From Amoebidium appalachense (lineage: Eukaryota > Protista > Ichthyosporea): a stretch of 64,000 bases of DNA. The DNA is taken from NCBI GenBank assembly GCA_963693365.1, contig CAVNZM010000006.1:3348001-3412000 (forward strand), written 5' to 3'. The position numbers and the translations under genes were made by a program. The stretch's first letter is position 1. Every line of letters begins with the position of its first letter. The notes below the pieces were generated by a model. That model saw only the letters and a list, made by a program, of their open reading frames with translations. It did not search any database and was not told the origin of the DNA. Below are positions 13,395-34,624 of the stretch, one piece after another.

Positions 13395-13558
13395 GCACGG
13401 GAAACCCTCTGCTTCTGTACTTAGGGAACCAGAGTTTGCCCAAATTCGATTCAGACACACCTGACACATTTTACCCCCAGGGTAAAATCAATGCCTATTA
13501 TAATGACACCAATCCCAGCAAACAGTCACAACTGTGTTTGGCTTTCGTTTAAAAAACT

Positions 13559-13776
13559 TTCTCTACCCGAGCCTAACAAAACAACTTTAAAAAAAATGAA
13601 GTAGTGTCTACCTCTATTCACATTACTCGTACAAAAAAAATATCTACTTGATATATGTAATCATTTCTCTACCTGAGCCTAGGCCTAACAAAATAACTTC
13701 AAAAAAATGAAGTATTGTCTAATATTACCTCTATGCACACTACTCGTACAAAAAATATCTGCTTGATATATAATCA
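13559..13776. repeat. tandem duplication of a ~105-bp AT-rich unit
   Basis: TTCTCTACCyGAGCCTA..AAAAAAATGAAGTA..TACTCGTACAAAAAA..CTTGATATAT..AATCA occurs twice, at 13559-13662 and 13663-13776. Confidence 0.85.
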
Positions 13777-13940
13777 AACTTGAAGTATCTTACTCGATGC
13801 TACACCGTAGCAATTGGTCTCTTTAGCAATTGGTCTCTTCCACAGAATATATTACAAACCACACCCGTCAGGCGCTAAAAAGGCTACATGCAAACCGGAA
13901 GCCCGCACGGCTAGCCAGCGCTCAGGGACACAAGCAAAGA

Positions 13941-13975
<35 letters not shown>

Positions 13976-14037
13976 ATGTATGTGTACATGTGCAGTGTGA
14001 GCGCACGTGTGTGTACCAAGATGTCTGCGTGTGTGCC

Positions 14038-14100
<63 letters not shown>

Positions 14101-14208
14101 GTAGTTTGTCCACGTGTAGCTAAGTGGGTGTGTGACCGGCGTGGATGTGGGTGTGCAAGTTGACAAGGTGCGCCTGCGGCTGTGTTTTTGTGTGTATGGA
14201 TGCCGCTT

Positions 14209-14243
<35 letters not shown>

Positions 14244-14247
14244 CCCC

Positions 14248-14283
<36 letters not shown>

Positions 14284-14377
14284 CCCTGTGTACACATGCG
14301 TGTGTGTGTGTTGGCCTGTACATGTGTAATGGTATGTTACTTAGCTGGGGGGTGGGTGGGTGGGTGGGTGGGTGGGT

Positions 14378-14455
<78 letters not shown>

Positions 14456-14679
14456 CTTGCAAGTTACGAATGGTGTGGCCACATGTATGTCCGGATAGAT
14501 TATCCGAGAGAATGTTCAAAATTTCTTATTTTAGATTCTTTCCCCTTTTTTCCTTATTTGGTGGTGGTGGTTGTTTGAGGGCCCCGGGGGGAGGGGGGGA
14601 GACCGAGGGAAGGAGGGAGGAGGAGGAGGGGTGGCCGGGGGTGGCGGGGGGAGGGGGGCCGGGGGGGGGGGGGGGGGGG

Positions 14680-15329
14680 AAGACACGTACGCCTATCATT
14701 ATAACTGTTTTATTTTTTTTTATAATTTGTGGAAATTCAATGGGGGGAGAGAAGGGGTGAGCAGGCACGTACGTATGTAGCCCATGGGGTGCAGTGCATA
14801 TGTGTGGCCTGCACGTGTGCACGCCCATTGGCAAGTGCCTGCACCAGCTGCACCCTCTGTGGCTGCACCACGCGGTGCAGCATGCATGCCAGCTGCCCGT
14901 ATACGTAGCTGCCCCAGCCCCATGTCCTGTGGGTATGCACGTGCATGTACATCAGCACATACACACACGCACACACGCACACACAAAGACAAGTGCACGG
15001 GCACGTGCACATACATGGGCACATACATGGGCAAATACATGGGCAAATACATGGGCAAATACATGAGCAAATACGTGGGCAAATACATGGGCAAATACAT
15101 GGGCAAATACATGGGCAAATACATGGGCAAATACATGGGCACATACATCGTCAGCATTCGCACACATACGCACAGACACACACACATCAACACACAAACT
15201 TATTGGGTACCTGGGCTGTTGTACACGCACCAACAAAAAAAATACACCAAACGAACATTTCCTGTATCAAAAGCATGCCCATTTCTTTCTGTCAACTCTG
15301 CTCGACTCGTCCCGCTTCCTGCCCTTGCC

Positions 15330-15369
<40 letters not shown>

Positions 15370-15420
15370 ACCACCACCACCACCACCACCACTGCCACCA
15401 CCACCACCAGGAAGGACATC
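14680..15420 (-). pseudogene. duplicated RCCD1 last exon (14737-14926) plus its upstream intron
   Basis: Aligns to 18868-19480 and retains the CCCACAG acceptor. It reads TWGWGSYVYGQLACMLHRVVQPQRVQLVQALANGRAHVQATHMHCTPWATYVRACSP, against the parent TWGWGSYGQLGHGQCSDVIQPQRVQALGHVQATHVQCTPWATYVRACSP. Confidence 0.85.
15010..15145. repeat. 12-bp minisatellite (ACATGGGCAAAT), about 11 copies
   Basis: Read directly from the sequence. The paralogous intron has a single ACATGGGTACAC unit near 19221. Confidence 0.95.
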
Positions 15421-15428
15421 CGATGAAT

Positions 15429-15463
<35 letters not shown>

Positions 15464-15503
15464 GCGCACACACGCGCACGCACGCACGCACACACACGCA
15501 CAC

Positions 15504-15576
<73 letters not shown>

Positions 15577-15882
15577 GAACGCACGCACGCACGCACACGC
15601 ACGCACGCAAACACACACGCACACACACACAGTCACATGTACACACAGCGCGCGCGCGCAGGTCACAGTGACCGTCACATGCACGAAAAAGGCGCGCACA
15701 TCACGAAAGCGATTGGCTCATGTTTTTTTTTTATCCAACCATACAGCACAGTTTTCGCGCCAAAAATCCGACAGGCAGTCCACAAAACGTTGTTTCATTC
15801 TCATTTTTTCGCTGCTAAGCGCGCATGCAGTGAGAGAACTTTCCCCCTGCGAGTTTTCCCGTTTTTCCTTCATCGTGCAACC

Positions 15883-16604
15883 ATGTCTGGCATTTACTCC
15901 TACCGTGACCCAGCCAGCTACGGTTGGACGCAGACCGGCTACAACGCGAACTCCCACGTCGTATTGTAAGTATCATTTTCAGTTCTGCAACCTTGGAATC
16001 TGCAAATTCAATTGCGTCCCCACTTTTCTTTTGACCTTAGTCCAGCACTCTCTCGCTTGAAATGGGTATGCTGGCCAGTGTGCGCTCGCTACGGAAGTAG
16101 GAATCCGTTCAGTGATGTGCTTGTCTTTCGTGCATCACTCAACGGTGCAGAGTCATGTATGCTTACCTAGACATTTCTTGATACACACTCCTTCCTTTAA
16201 CGCTTCTCAACTAGGCAACTTGCGTTTTATCACACTTTGACGTGTTGTTGTTTCGAATTCGCTTGAGATGGCACGTACCGGGATGCTCATGGCATCTTTC
16301 CTTTGTTTGCCTGGTTTGCTTGCTCACTGTGTGGGAAGGGTTTGATCTTTGACTAGGGTTCAAGCGTTTACATAAATCTTTTTTTTTTAAAGCCTCCACC
16401 AAAGGCTTTTTTGCCGAAAGGAAATTAGGCTTTTTTTGCCGCAAGGAAGATTTTCTTATGTTCTTTTCACGGCCGTGAAAGTGTGCTGGCCTCGGAATAG
16501 CAGAACACTCCATTGATCCCTCTTCCCCACCTTCCACCACAATTTCTTTCTATCACCCCTCATTCTAACGTCCAGCTCCTCCCCTTCCCCTCCCCACCGC
16601 CTGT

Positions 16605-16635
<31 letters not shown>

Positions 16636-16899
16636 CCTCCCCCCCCCCCCCCCCCCCCCCCCCACACACACACACATACACAAACACATGGACACTCACA
16701 CGCAGCTACGAGCGTGATGGTGTGCGCATGTGACTACTACCCCACGACGGGAACAGTCAAGACGTCCATGGACCATCCCACACAGGGCAAGACACAGTTG
16801 TTCCGTCGCGACCTCACAGATGCAGAGTTTGCCAGCACCATGCAGAACCCACGCCAGCACACCGGCAAGGGCTATCAATACACTTACCATCACAAATAA
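15883..16899 (+). CDS. small (~91 aa) conserved uncharacterised protein, 2 exons, one +1 frameshift
   Basis: Exons 15883-15965 (GTAAGT donor) and 16706-16899. MSGIYSYRDPASYGWTQTGYNANSHVVFYERDGVRM/DYYPTTGTVKTSMDHPTQGKTQLFRRDL..QNPRQHTGKGY requires skipping T16731. From recall, the YxTTGTVxTxxDHPxQGKTQLFRR..NPRxHTGKGY pattern resembles a small uncharacterised family. Confidence 0.7.
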
Positions 16900-17327
16900 T
16901 AGCAGGCAAGACTGAAGTAGTGCAAGTTAACTTTTCCCTAACAACGATGTGATATAAACGTGAATGACTAGAACCTTTACTCATAGTTGGTGCTCTTTCG
17001 AATTATGATTTAATTTAGGGTGGCAACAGCTTTCGTATGCTTCTGTTTCTGATAGTATGTTTTGTGGGGTGTTGGTTATAGACTACATAACTTCAAACCA
17101 TGGGCCTATGTTTTGCACAACCAAGCAAGTTACTTGGGAAACACAGAATACTGGTTCTGGTTTGTAACGAATAAATGAATCTGTATGTCTCCGAACCCAA
17201 TCCAAGATTCATCGGCCGCTATTTCTGATGGTGTGCTTTGAATGGCGTTACGAAGGACCTGCTCTGCGGGTGTCACGTGATTAAATGGGTGGGTGGCATT
17301 TTCCTCTTTCTTGTGGTCTTCCTTCTC

Positions 17328-17368
<41 letters not shown>

Positions 17369-18220
17369 TAAAATATATATACTTTTTTGTGTGTTTTTTT
17401 TTTCTTTTTTCTTTTTGGTTTTGGTTTGTTTTTTGCCTTTTTTGCCGAATTCGTTACTGATGCTTTTTTTGAAGGTGAAGTCTCCACCCACCCACCCACC
17501 CCACCCCACCCTCACCCCCACCCCCACCCCCCTCCTTTTTTTGCCTTTCTCCTTCTTCTTCTTTCTTTCCCGCGGGGGGGGGGGGGGGGGGGGGGGGAAG
17601 GGATGGTGGTGGTGGTTGGCGTTGTGGGGGGGGGGGGGGGGGGGGGGGGGGGGGGCTGGAGGGGGGGCACATGTTCCATGTCAGGAGAACCACACGACAT
17701 TCAGCCTGTAGTTGCACCACATGTCACCGTAGCTGTCCAAACTACCACGAACCATCTTGGTATTTATTACCCAAAATTTTTTCACAGAGAGCACAGCCCC
17801 AGGATAGCTAGCAGGGTTTTCTTGAAAATCACACAGGAGAGTTCAGTCCCAAGTCTATGTGTTGGTCCGAGGTCGTTTTCTGTTGCAGGACACCTGTGGG
17901 GTAATGGTTGTGCGTGAAAAAACTGCCACGGCAGATGGAATTTAAAACTAAGGACCATGGGCAGCAGGTGGACAGTATAAAAATCATCAGCTGTGCGTAC
18001 GTAGACGTGCATGTACTTTTTTTTTTTTATTTTTTATTTTTTTGGGGGGGGGGGGGGGGGGGGGGGGGGGGACGTGTGCATGTCCATGCACTCCATATGG
18101 GGGTTTTTTTTCCTTTTCTTTTTCTTTCCTTCCGTGCTTTTTTTTATTCCTTTTTTTTTGGGGGGAGGGGATGGGTGTAGGGTGTGTGTCTGTGTGTGTG
18201 TGTGTGGGGGGTGTATGTGT

Positions 18221-18267
<47 letters not shown>

Positions 18268-18455
18268 ATGGGTGGGTGGGTGGGGGGAGGGGGGGGGGAG
18301 GTGAGGGTTGGGGGGGGGGGGGGGGAGGTGAATGGGTGGGTGGGTGGCGGGAGGGGGGGGGGGAGGGGAGGGTTAAGGGGGGGGGGGGAGGGGGTCATTG
18401 TCATATTGTGTGCGAAAGTACAAAGGAAATTATTGACAGGTGGTGGTGGTCGCGG

Positions 18456-18497
<42 letters not shown>

Positions 18498-18709
18498 AAG
18501 AATCTAGTACAGAATGAAGAGCACTGAAGTCATTACAAAGAGCACACTCATGATGCATGGCTATGGGGCATGTGGGCTTCCATTGTAATCTGTCGTCATA
18601 AGGGTGGTGGTGGTGGTGGTGGTGGTGGTGGTGGGCGGGTGGGTGGGTGGATGGGTGGGGATAGGGGTGGGGGTGGGGGTGGGGGTGGGGGGGGTGGGGG
18701 GAGGGGGGT

Positions 18710-18833
18710 GAATGCGCTATTAGGTACGACGTACACATAAACAACGGACAATACGATGCAGAGTGCAAACCACACATAAAGAGTATGCATAAAAGCCAGA
18801 GCCCATCCTCAGGGGGGACCCATGTCATCCGCA
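18710..18833 (-). mobile_element. 5'-truncated copy of the poly(C)-anchored repeat family
   Basis: Minus strand GGATGACATGGGTCCCCCCTGAGGATGGGCTCTGGCTTTTATGCATACTCTTTA..GCGCATTCACCCCC, at the 3' end of RCCD1. Confidence 0.85.
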
Positions 18834-20008
18834 GGGGGGGTGGTGGTCGGGAGGGGGAGGGGGGGGCAGACACGTACACCTATGGGGTATAGAGCTTTCT
18901 TTTTCTTTCTTTTTTCTTTCTCTTTTTTTAGAACGGGGGGAGGGAAGGGGTGAGCAGGCACGTACGTATGTTGCCCATGGGGTGCATTGCACGTGTGTGG
19001 CCTGCACGTGCCCAAGTGCCTGCACCCTCTGTGGCTGTATGACGTCACTGCACTGCCCGTGGCCCAGCTGCCCGTAGCTGCCCCAACCCCATGTCCTGTG
19101 GGTATGCGCGTGCGCATACATCAGCACATATGCACATATGTGCACACAGAAGACGAATACACGTGCACATGAAAATCCACGTGCATAAGCACACACTCGC
19201 ACAGACTTAGACAAACGTGCACATGGGTACACATATCAACACACAAGACACCACGGAGGCAATCAAACACACAAAGAAAAGCAGTAAACAAAACGAACCT
19301 TTCCTGATATCAAAAACACACCCATTACTTTCTGTCAACTCTACTAGTCCCGCTTCCTGCCCTTGTCTCCCCCTTCCCCCCCCCCTATCTCCCCCACCAA
19401 ACACTCCAGTCCCGATACACGCTCCATCTCTTGACACCCCCCCTTCCCCCCTCCTCCCCTTCCCACCAAGAAGGACATAAACCACAAACAAACACACAAC
19501 AAAAAACACACACACATACACACACACACGCACGCACCACACCCACACACACCACACCCACCCACACCCACCCACCCACACAGGCAGAAAAAGAGATAGA
19601 TAGAGAGTTGTGCGCGTACGAGGGTGTGATGGAGGTGCGCATTGCAGGGGGGAAGAGAGGAAAGGGGGAATGTGCATTGAAGGGAGGAAGCGAGGGGGTA
19701 GAGGTGTGTGTCTGTGGGGGGGGAAGGGGGGGGGGGGGGGGGCTTTTTCGGGGGAAGAGGGGGGGGGGGGGGGGGGGGGGTCTTTTACCACACGGACCCA
19801 TCATCACACAACACGGCCGAGTGTGCCGACCCACATGCCACCTGCACCACTATGGGCCCATTGGCTAGCGGCAGGTCGACAGGCCCGGGAATACTGGAGT
19901 CTGTGACGTCATCACTGGTGATGGTAGCCCCGGCCCACTTTTTTTTTTTTTTTTTTTTGGGTTTGTTTTTATGACCCAGAGCGGGAGTGAGGGGGGCAGG
20001 GAGGGCGG

Positions 20009-20052
<44 letters not shown>

Positions 20053-20067
20053 GGGGAGGGGGAGGGG

Positions 20068-20099
<32 letters not shown>

Positions 20100-21411
20100 T
20101 GAAGCGGGAAGGAAGAGAGAGGGGGAAGGGGAAGTGGTTGGATCAATGGACATACACGTGAGTGTGGTTTGCATAGGAGCATTGCTCTCTTAATAAACCT
20201 AGTTGCCTCCACGTGCATCACTTTTCCGAATTCAAGGCTCTGTCTTCTTCTTCACCTCCACCCCCTCCTTGTCCTCCACTTTCCCTTCCAATTGAAGTGA
20301 GGCAGCCCTTTATAGAGTAACCCCCTTTTCCTACTCTTGTAGCCTACGAGAAAAAAACCAGGTTGCTGTGTGTGCTGTGGAGGGGAGGGGGGGAGGGGGG
20401 GGGGGGGGGGGAGGGGGGGCAAGTTGTGTGACGAAGAAAAGAGAAAAAAAAAAAGAATGGAAAACATCATATGATCACCCCATACGCACCCGCTGACCAT
20501 CAGCACCCGCATATCATACCGCCTCTCCCCCTTCCCCTGTTCCTCCCCACCGCTCAAATAAAGCAGATAGCCGGATTGTAACTTAACCCCATTCCATCTA
20601 TACCTGATGTAAACGTTTTAACACCCACCCAGTCATCCAAACCTCCTTTCAAGACACGCACCTGTCCAGCACCCAGTTGTGTTGGCCTTCCAAGCTGCCC
20701 CTTGTCGTTCCATCCCCACGAGTAAACCTGTCCATGCACGTCCACAGCGAGAGAGTGCCAGTGCCCGCACGCTATATCTGCTGTATTTAACCCCTCTAAG
20801 GCCTCTATGGGTTCTGGTGAATCTAGTTCGAGCGTGTGTCCGTGTCCTAATTGTCCATGTGTGTTCCTGCCAAAACTCCAAACTTCGTTTCTGTCTGTAA
20901 GGAGGAGCGTGTGTGTGGGGCCGCACGCGAATTTTGTGACGCGGGACGGAAAGGGCAGGGGTTCAGAAGCTCCATTCAATGGGTTAAAGCACCATATCCT
21001 TTGGTTCTTGTCTAGTTGCACAATGTTATTGCCCATTACACCTGTGCGTAGTATATCCGTGTCATGGATTTCCTCCAGAGAAACATCTCTCGAATTTACT
21101 TCTTTAGCTCGTCCCGGGCCGACACTCACAAACATCCGCCCGTTAACATCCACTGCTACATTTGCAAAATCAGTCAAATTTTCAGCACTTCGGTTAACCT
21201 TTATATCAAAAACATTTTTTAGGCGTCCATAAACGGAAGCTTTACCGTTTCTAAAACATGCACATGTGCTGCACCAGCTACCAAATATATGACTAAGTTG
21301 GGATGAATCTTCGTTCTCTATGCTGCTGGGGTGTGGTGTTGGATCGTGCATAGTAGGGGTACTACGGCCCAGCTGGCCAAAGGAGTTGAAGCCAAAGCTG
21401 TATACCACCAT
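18809..21411 (-). CDS. RCCD1: RCC1 domain-containing protein 1
   Basis: Exons 21411-20662, 19937-19789 and 19095 to about 18809. A possible extra exon near 20343-20250 and the exact stop are uncertain. RCC1 repeats ACGPTHTLLL..VWSFGRNTHGQLG, IACGHWHSLA..YSWGWNDKGQLG and VACGSAHSAV..VWTWGWGSYGQLGH; the C-terminal CTPWATYV resembles RCCD1. Confidence 0.85.
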
Positions 21412-22200
21412 TTTTCAAATTGAGCGATGTTCTCGTATACTACACACGGCGCACATCAGTCGCGACGAAAAGGCGACAGACTCATGATAGCTCATGATCA
21501 GGTACCGTTTGGAATGTTTAGGGGGAACAGCGGTTTCGCGCCAACACCATTTATAGTGTTTCAGATTCTGTTTTGATTCGCTGAAGTTGTGAATAGAATA
21601 AATAGATTCCTCCTAAACCCGAACCGCATGAGCCCACGGCCCTCTCTCGTGAGGAGCATTGTTCACAATCTTCCGGGGCTTGGTGGGACAAAGAGATTCG
21701 TTTGAAGTTTACCCACTTTGGCCATCTCTCTCTTTCTCTCCCTCCCTCTCTACTTCTTTTCTCCCTCCCTCCCTCTCACCCACCCACCCTCTTCTTCCCT
21801 GCGTCCATCCCTTCCCCCCCTCCCCCCCCCCCCCCTCCCACCGTCTCCCTCTTTTTCTCCCCTCTTACCCCTTTTCCCACTCTCTCCCTCCCTCCCTCTC
21901 CCTCCCCTTCCCCCCTCCCTCCCCCCTTCCCCCCCACACACCCCTCATACCCCGCCTGGGCTCCCAGCTCTCTTGCCTGTTCGCCCCCTCTCCTCCCCCC
22001 CCCCCCAGCCCTCACCCCCCCCCCCCCCCCCCCCCCCCGCCCACCACCACCAAGAACAAAACAAAATGCAACTCCGGCGCATTTCTAGCCCGCGTCAAGT
22101 GGCAAGGTGCTTTCTTTCTCTCTAATTTAACTTCAATTTTATTTACTGTTTGCATCTAGAAAACCAAGTCTTTATTACGTGTCCAGTACTACGACCAATC

Positions 22201-30620
<8,420 letters not shown>

Positions 30621-30653
30621 GGTTTGGCTTTTGGCTCTTGCCATTGCCAGCAG

Positions 30654-30697
<44 letters not shown>

Positions 30698-31272
30698 CCC
30701 TTCTTTCCTTCACAATCCATTGTTTCTTCCTTTTCCTATGGCTGTTGAAGTTGTTTCTATTGTGTATGAAAGTGGTTTAATTTAAAAGAATGTTATCTCA
30801 TTTCAAGCAGATTGTTTTCTTGGGGACAACAACCTTGTTTCCCTGATCGAATGAATGATGTGCGGGTGGTCACTCTGCAGTGTAGTACAATGTTCACAAA
30901 TATTCAAAACGGCACAATGTAGTTTAGCTCTTAGTGTTTGTTGGTGATCGTAAAGTGCACTTCCAGGCTGCGATAGAATCTAATGTTGATTGGAGCTTAA
31001 TAAGTATATTTAGCTGATAATTTAAATGGTTTTGTGCACAACAAATTCATGCCGGTGGGGTTGTGTCTACATGTAATCCCGCTTTGAACTGCACTAGGAT
31101 ATGGTAGAAGGCTGTCACAGTGTCTCAAAAGTGTTCCCTAAGCAAGATTTAGAAATCTGAAGTAATGCGCCAAATAAATTAGCCCAAACGATGTTTTGGT
31201 GGTGCTGGTGTGTGACACGTGTGTGTCTGATGGTGGTGGCGGTTGTTGTCGTTGGAAGGTGGAGGAGGAGGA

Positions 31273-31379
<107 letters not shown>

Positions 31380-32211
31380 GGGGGGGGAGGGGGGGGGGGG
31401 GGGGGGGAGGGAGATATACAACCTGCATATGTATGCATGCACATAATATGCAGCTGCTGCGCCGCCGCGGCGCGCGCATATATTTGACTCTAGCTGAGTT
31501 AGTTAACACAGTACGAGGTGCGGGGGAAAGCAGGTGTAGATGTGCTTCAAGATCTAGACCGTAGCATGTGGCCCAACCCAACCCCAATGACCAGTCGGCT
31601 ATCCCACTGGTATATCAGAGTCTGTGCGCGGCCTTCGAATTCGAATTCATCAGCCATGTATGCGTGTACGTGCGTATAGCTATGGGACTCTGCACAGAGG
31701 AGGAGGGGGGGGGGGGGGGGGGGGGGGGGTCTAAACTAAGATAATGTGTGGCTCACGTACTGCCGGGCGCGACGACAAATTTACAAGCTCTGCACATGTG
31801 CACGGTACCAGTACCGGTGCGAGCAGCTGCAGTTGGAACCACGTATACGTATATGTACTCCCCACGTAATATTGCAGTGCACACACACTGGAAATTTTAT
31901 GATCTAGATCTTGTTTGAAATAAGAGATTGCAAATATTGGAAGGCAAAGGAAAACGTGCATAGGTTGAAGTTCATGTTGCCACAGTGTGACCGCGTCGCC
32001 AGAATGTAATTATATCACAGGGTGCAAAGAACAGATATGCTTGCCATTTGCCGGTTCCCTGAAAAATTAACAGGTCCCCACATGTCGGGGTCACGGTCAC
32101 GTGCACGGTGGTGTGTGTGTGTTTTTTTGCTTGTCTGTGTGAGTGAGTGCGACATTGTGTACACTGTGTGTGTGTGAGTGGGTGTTATGTGTCATGTATT
32201 TGTTTGCACGT

Positions 32212-32255
<44 letters not shown>

Positions 32256-32794
32256 AGGCAAGGTGGAGCGGAGATTTATCACTAATTCCCCACACTATAT
32301 GAAGGGGCAAACGATAGGCATCATGTCCAAAAAAAAAAAAAAAAAAGGCTGAAGGACATACACATGTACAATCGGCAACACATCCTTAGCAGAGCCAGCC
32401 CGTAGGGATTGCATGAGATGACAAAACAAGTGCAAAACCAAGAACTGTTACATAAGCCGGTCGGTGGCTGAAATTACCCAGCAACATATGCGTGTGCGTG
32501 TGCGAGTGTATGTGTGGGTGGGTGAGTGCCACGGTGCCAGTGTGTGTGTGGTGGTGGTGGTGGTGGTTTGTTGGGGGGGGGGGGGGGGGGGGGGGGAGGA
32601 GGAGGGGATATATGAGAATATCTCAGCAATTCTCAATGGTGGCACCCTTATTAGATGGCCTTTGCCCAAAAAAAACATCGCCATCTTCATTGCTCTCGGG
32701 GACACCGGTGATCACAAACTGGTGTTGATCACAATTTCGTCCACATATGTAACGTGACATCTATGTCCTTATACTACCTCATGCCCCGGGCCCC

Positions 32795-32847
<53 letters not shown>

Positions 32848-32994
32848 TGACAGAGGACAACTGCACCAGTAGTGTAATGAAGAGGCAAGGGCGGTCACGT
32901 TTATTCGACATGTACATGTGCAGGTCACAGCCTGGCACGTTATGTTACGGGTGCGTAGCGGTGCGTGTGTCGGTCCAGAATGCACTAGAAGGGC

Positions 32995-33112
32995 CTAGAA
33001 GGCCACCTGGTCCAGGAATGGGGAGTTGCCCGTGTTGCCCACGGTGGCCAGTGATGCCTTGCTGCTCAAGATGGCCTTGGCAACCTGCGCACGGGCACGT
33101 GTCAGCATAAAA

Positions 33113-33157
<45 letters not shown>

Positions 33158-33259
33158 CCCCAAGTTTCCTTTTCTTCTTGTTTTCTTTTTCTTTCCAAGG
33201 GGGAGCGAGGAGAGAAGGAAAAAGGAAAAAGGGAAAAGGGACGGTGGTGGTGGTGGTGG

Positions 33260-33304
<45 letters not shown>

Positions 33305-34531
33305 ACCTGGGCAAAGCACAACGCCACCACGAATCACGAGTTGCAACAACGGCACATCCTTGCCATGGGCCTACACCTAAATACCCATTGGCACCACAGT
33401 GCACATATATGAGCTTGAACTATACCTTTTAACCCATTAGATCATCTCTCCCACCTTCCCACACCCCCACAACCGCCACTACCTTCCCACTTTGAGTACG
33501 CAATTTGGGTATTCTCGAAACAAAACGATAAAATAACAAAAATTATTGGATGTTTTTACCTTGTTGACGTCGGCAGCAGAGAGAGCATCGATCTGCTTAG
33601 CGACCTCAGCCGGGGCCACATAGCTGCCAGTCAGATAGGCCTGGCTGGCCATGTCCTCCAGCCGGCCCTCACCCTCGGAGGCAGAAAGAACGGCAGTCTT
33701 GAGCTGCGCCTTGGCACGAGCAACCTCGGCATCCGTCAGGCCCTGTATGTGCGAGTGTACGTGTACGTGCGTGAGTACATGTACGTGTTATGTGAGTTCC
33801 TATGCGGTGGGTGTAAATGTGCACGCAATAGGGTAAATGGTCGGCAAGGTGCATGGGTATAGAGTGGGCATGGGGGTGCATGGTTAGTTGGTGATAGCAA
33901 TAGAGCGGCAGGCCATATACGGATTCACGATGCATCTGATCCACGCCGGGTTCAAGGTCTAAGTCAAAGGGATGTTAATGCGGCATATGTCGCACGGCAC
34001 TTGGGCGTGTGCTCGTTCAGGAAAACACCATGGGAGGGATATGGCACGCCGTACAGAGTTCAAAGTACACAAAGGGGCAACCCCATGCATTTATGCAACA
34101 AGCAGCACACACACAGCATGCAGCATTGGTAGAGAGAGGGTGTGGAGGAGGTTTTCGTGAATGAGCAGACACAAAGAGCATGCAACATAAACAGAGTCCA
34201 TCCTCAGGCCGGGGGGGGGGGGGGGGGGTTCATCCACTGTACCGGATGGTTGCAGTGATGGAGTGTGGGTATGTGCATGAGTGCATAAGTGCATGAGTGA
34301 GTGAGTGTGTGGGTGTGTGAGTGAGTGAGTGTATGTGTGTGTGTGCATTAAAGGAATGTAGTGGGGGTGTACGAACCGAAGAGGCGACGGAGGCCAGGAC
34401 GTCCTTAGCCACACCCATCAGACAGCCGATGTCCTCGGGGGTAGCCACAGCCACCACACCGAACAGACCGGCATCGCTGTAGCTGCTGCTGAAGGCGCTC
34501 AGCTGCACGGGCTTCTTAATCGTCTTGGCAA

Positions 34532-34588
<57 letters not shown>

Positions 34589-34592
34589 AGGA

Positions 34593-34624
<32 letters not shown>

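Noticed and set aside
15010-15145. CRISPR-like array
   Set aside because: It is a contiguous 12-bp tandem repeat with no spacers, in eukaryotic DNA.
21628-22106. Upstream coding exons for the phosphoesterase
   Set aside because: Splicing them in phase leads to a TGA overlapping ATG 22201, so this is at most a uORF or 5' UTR.
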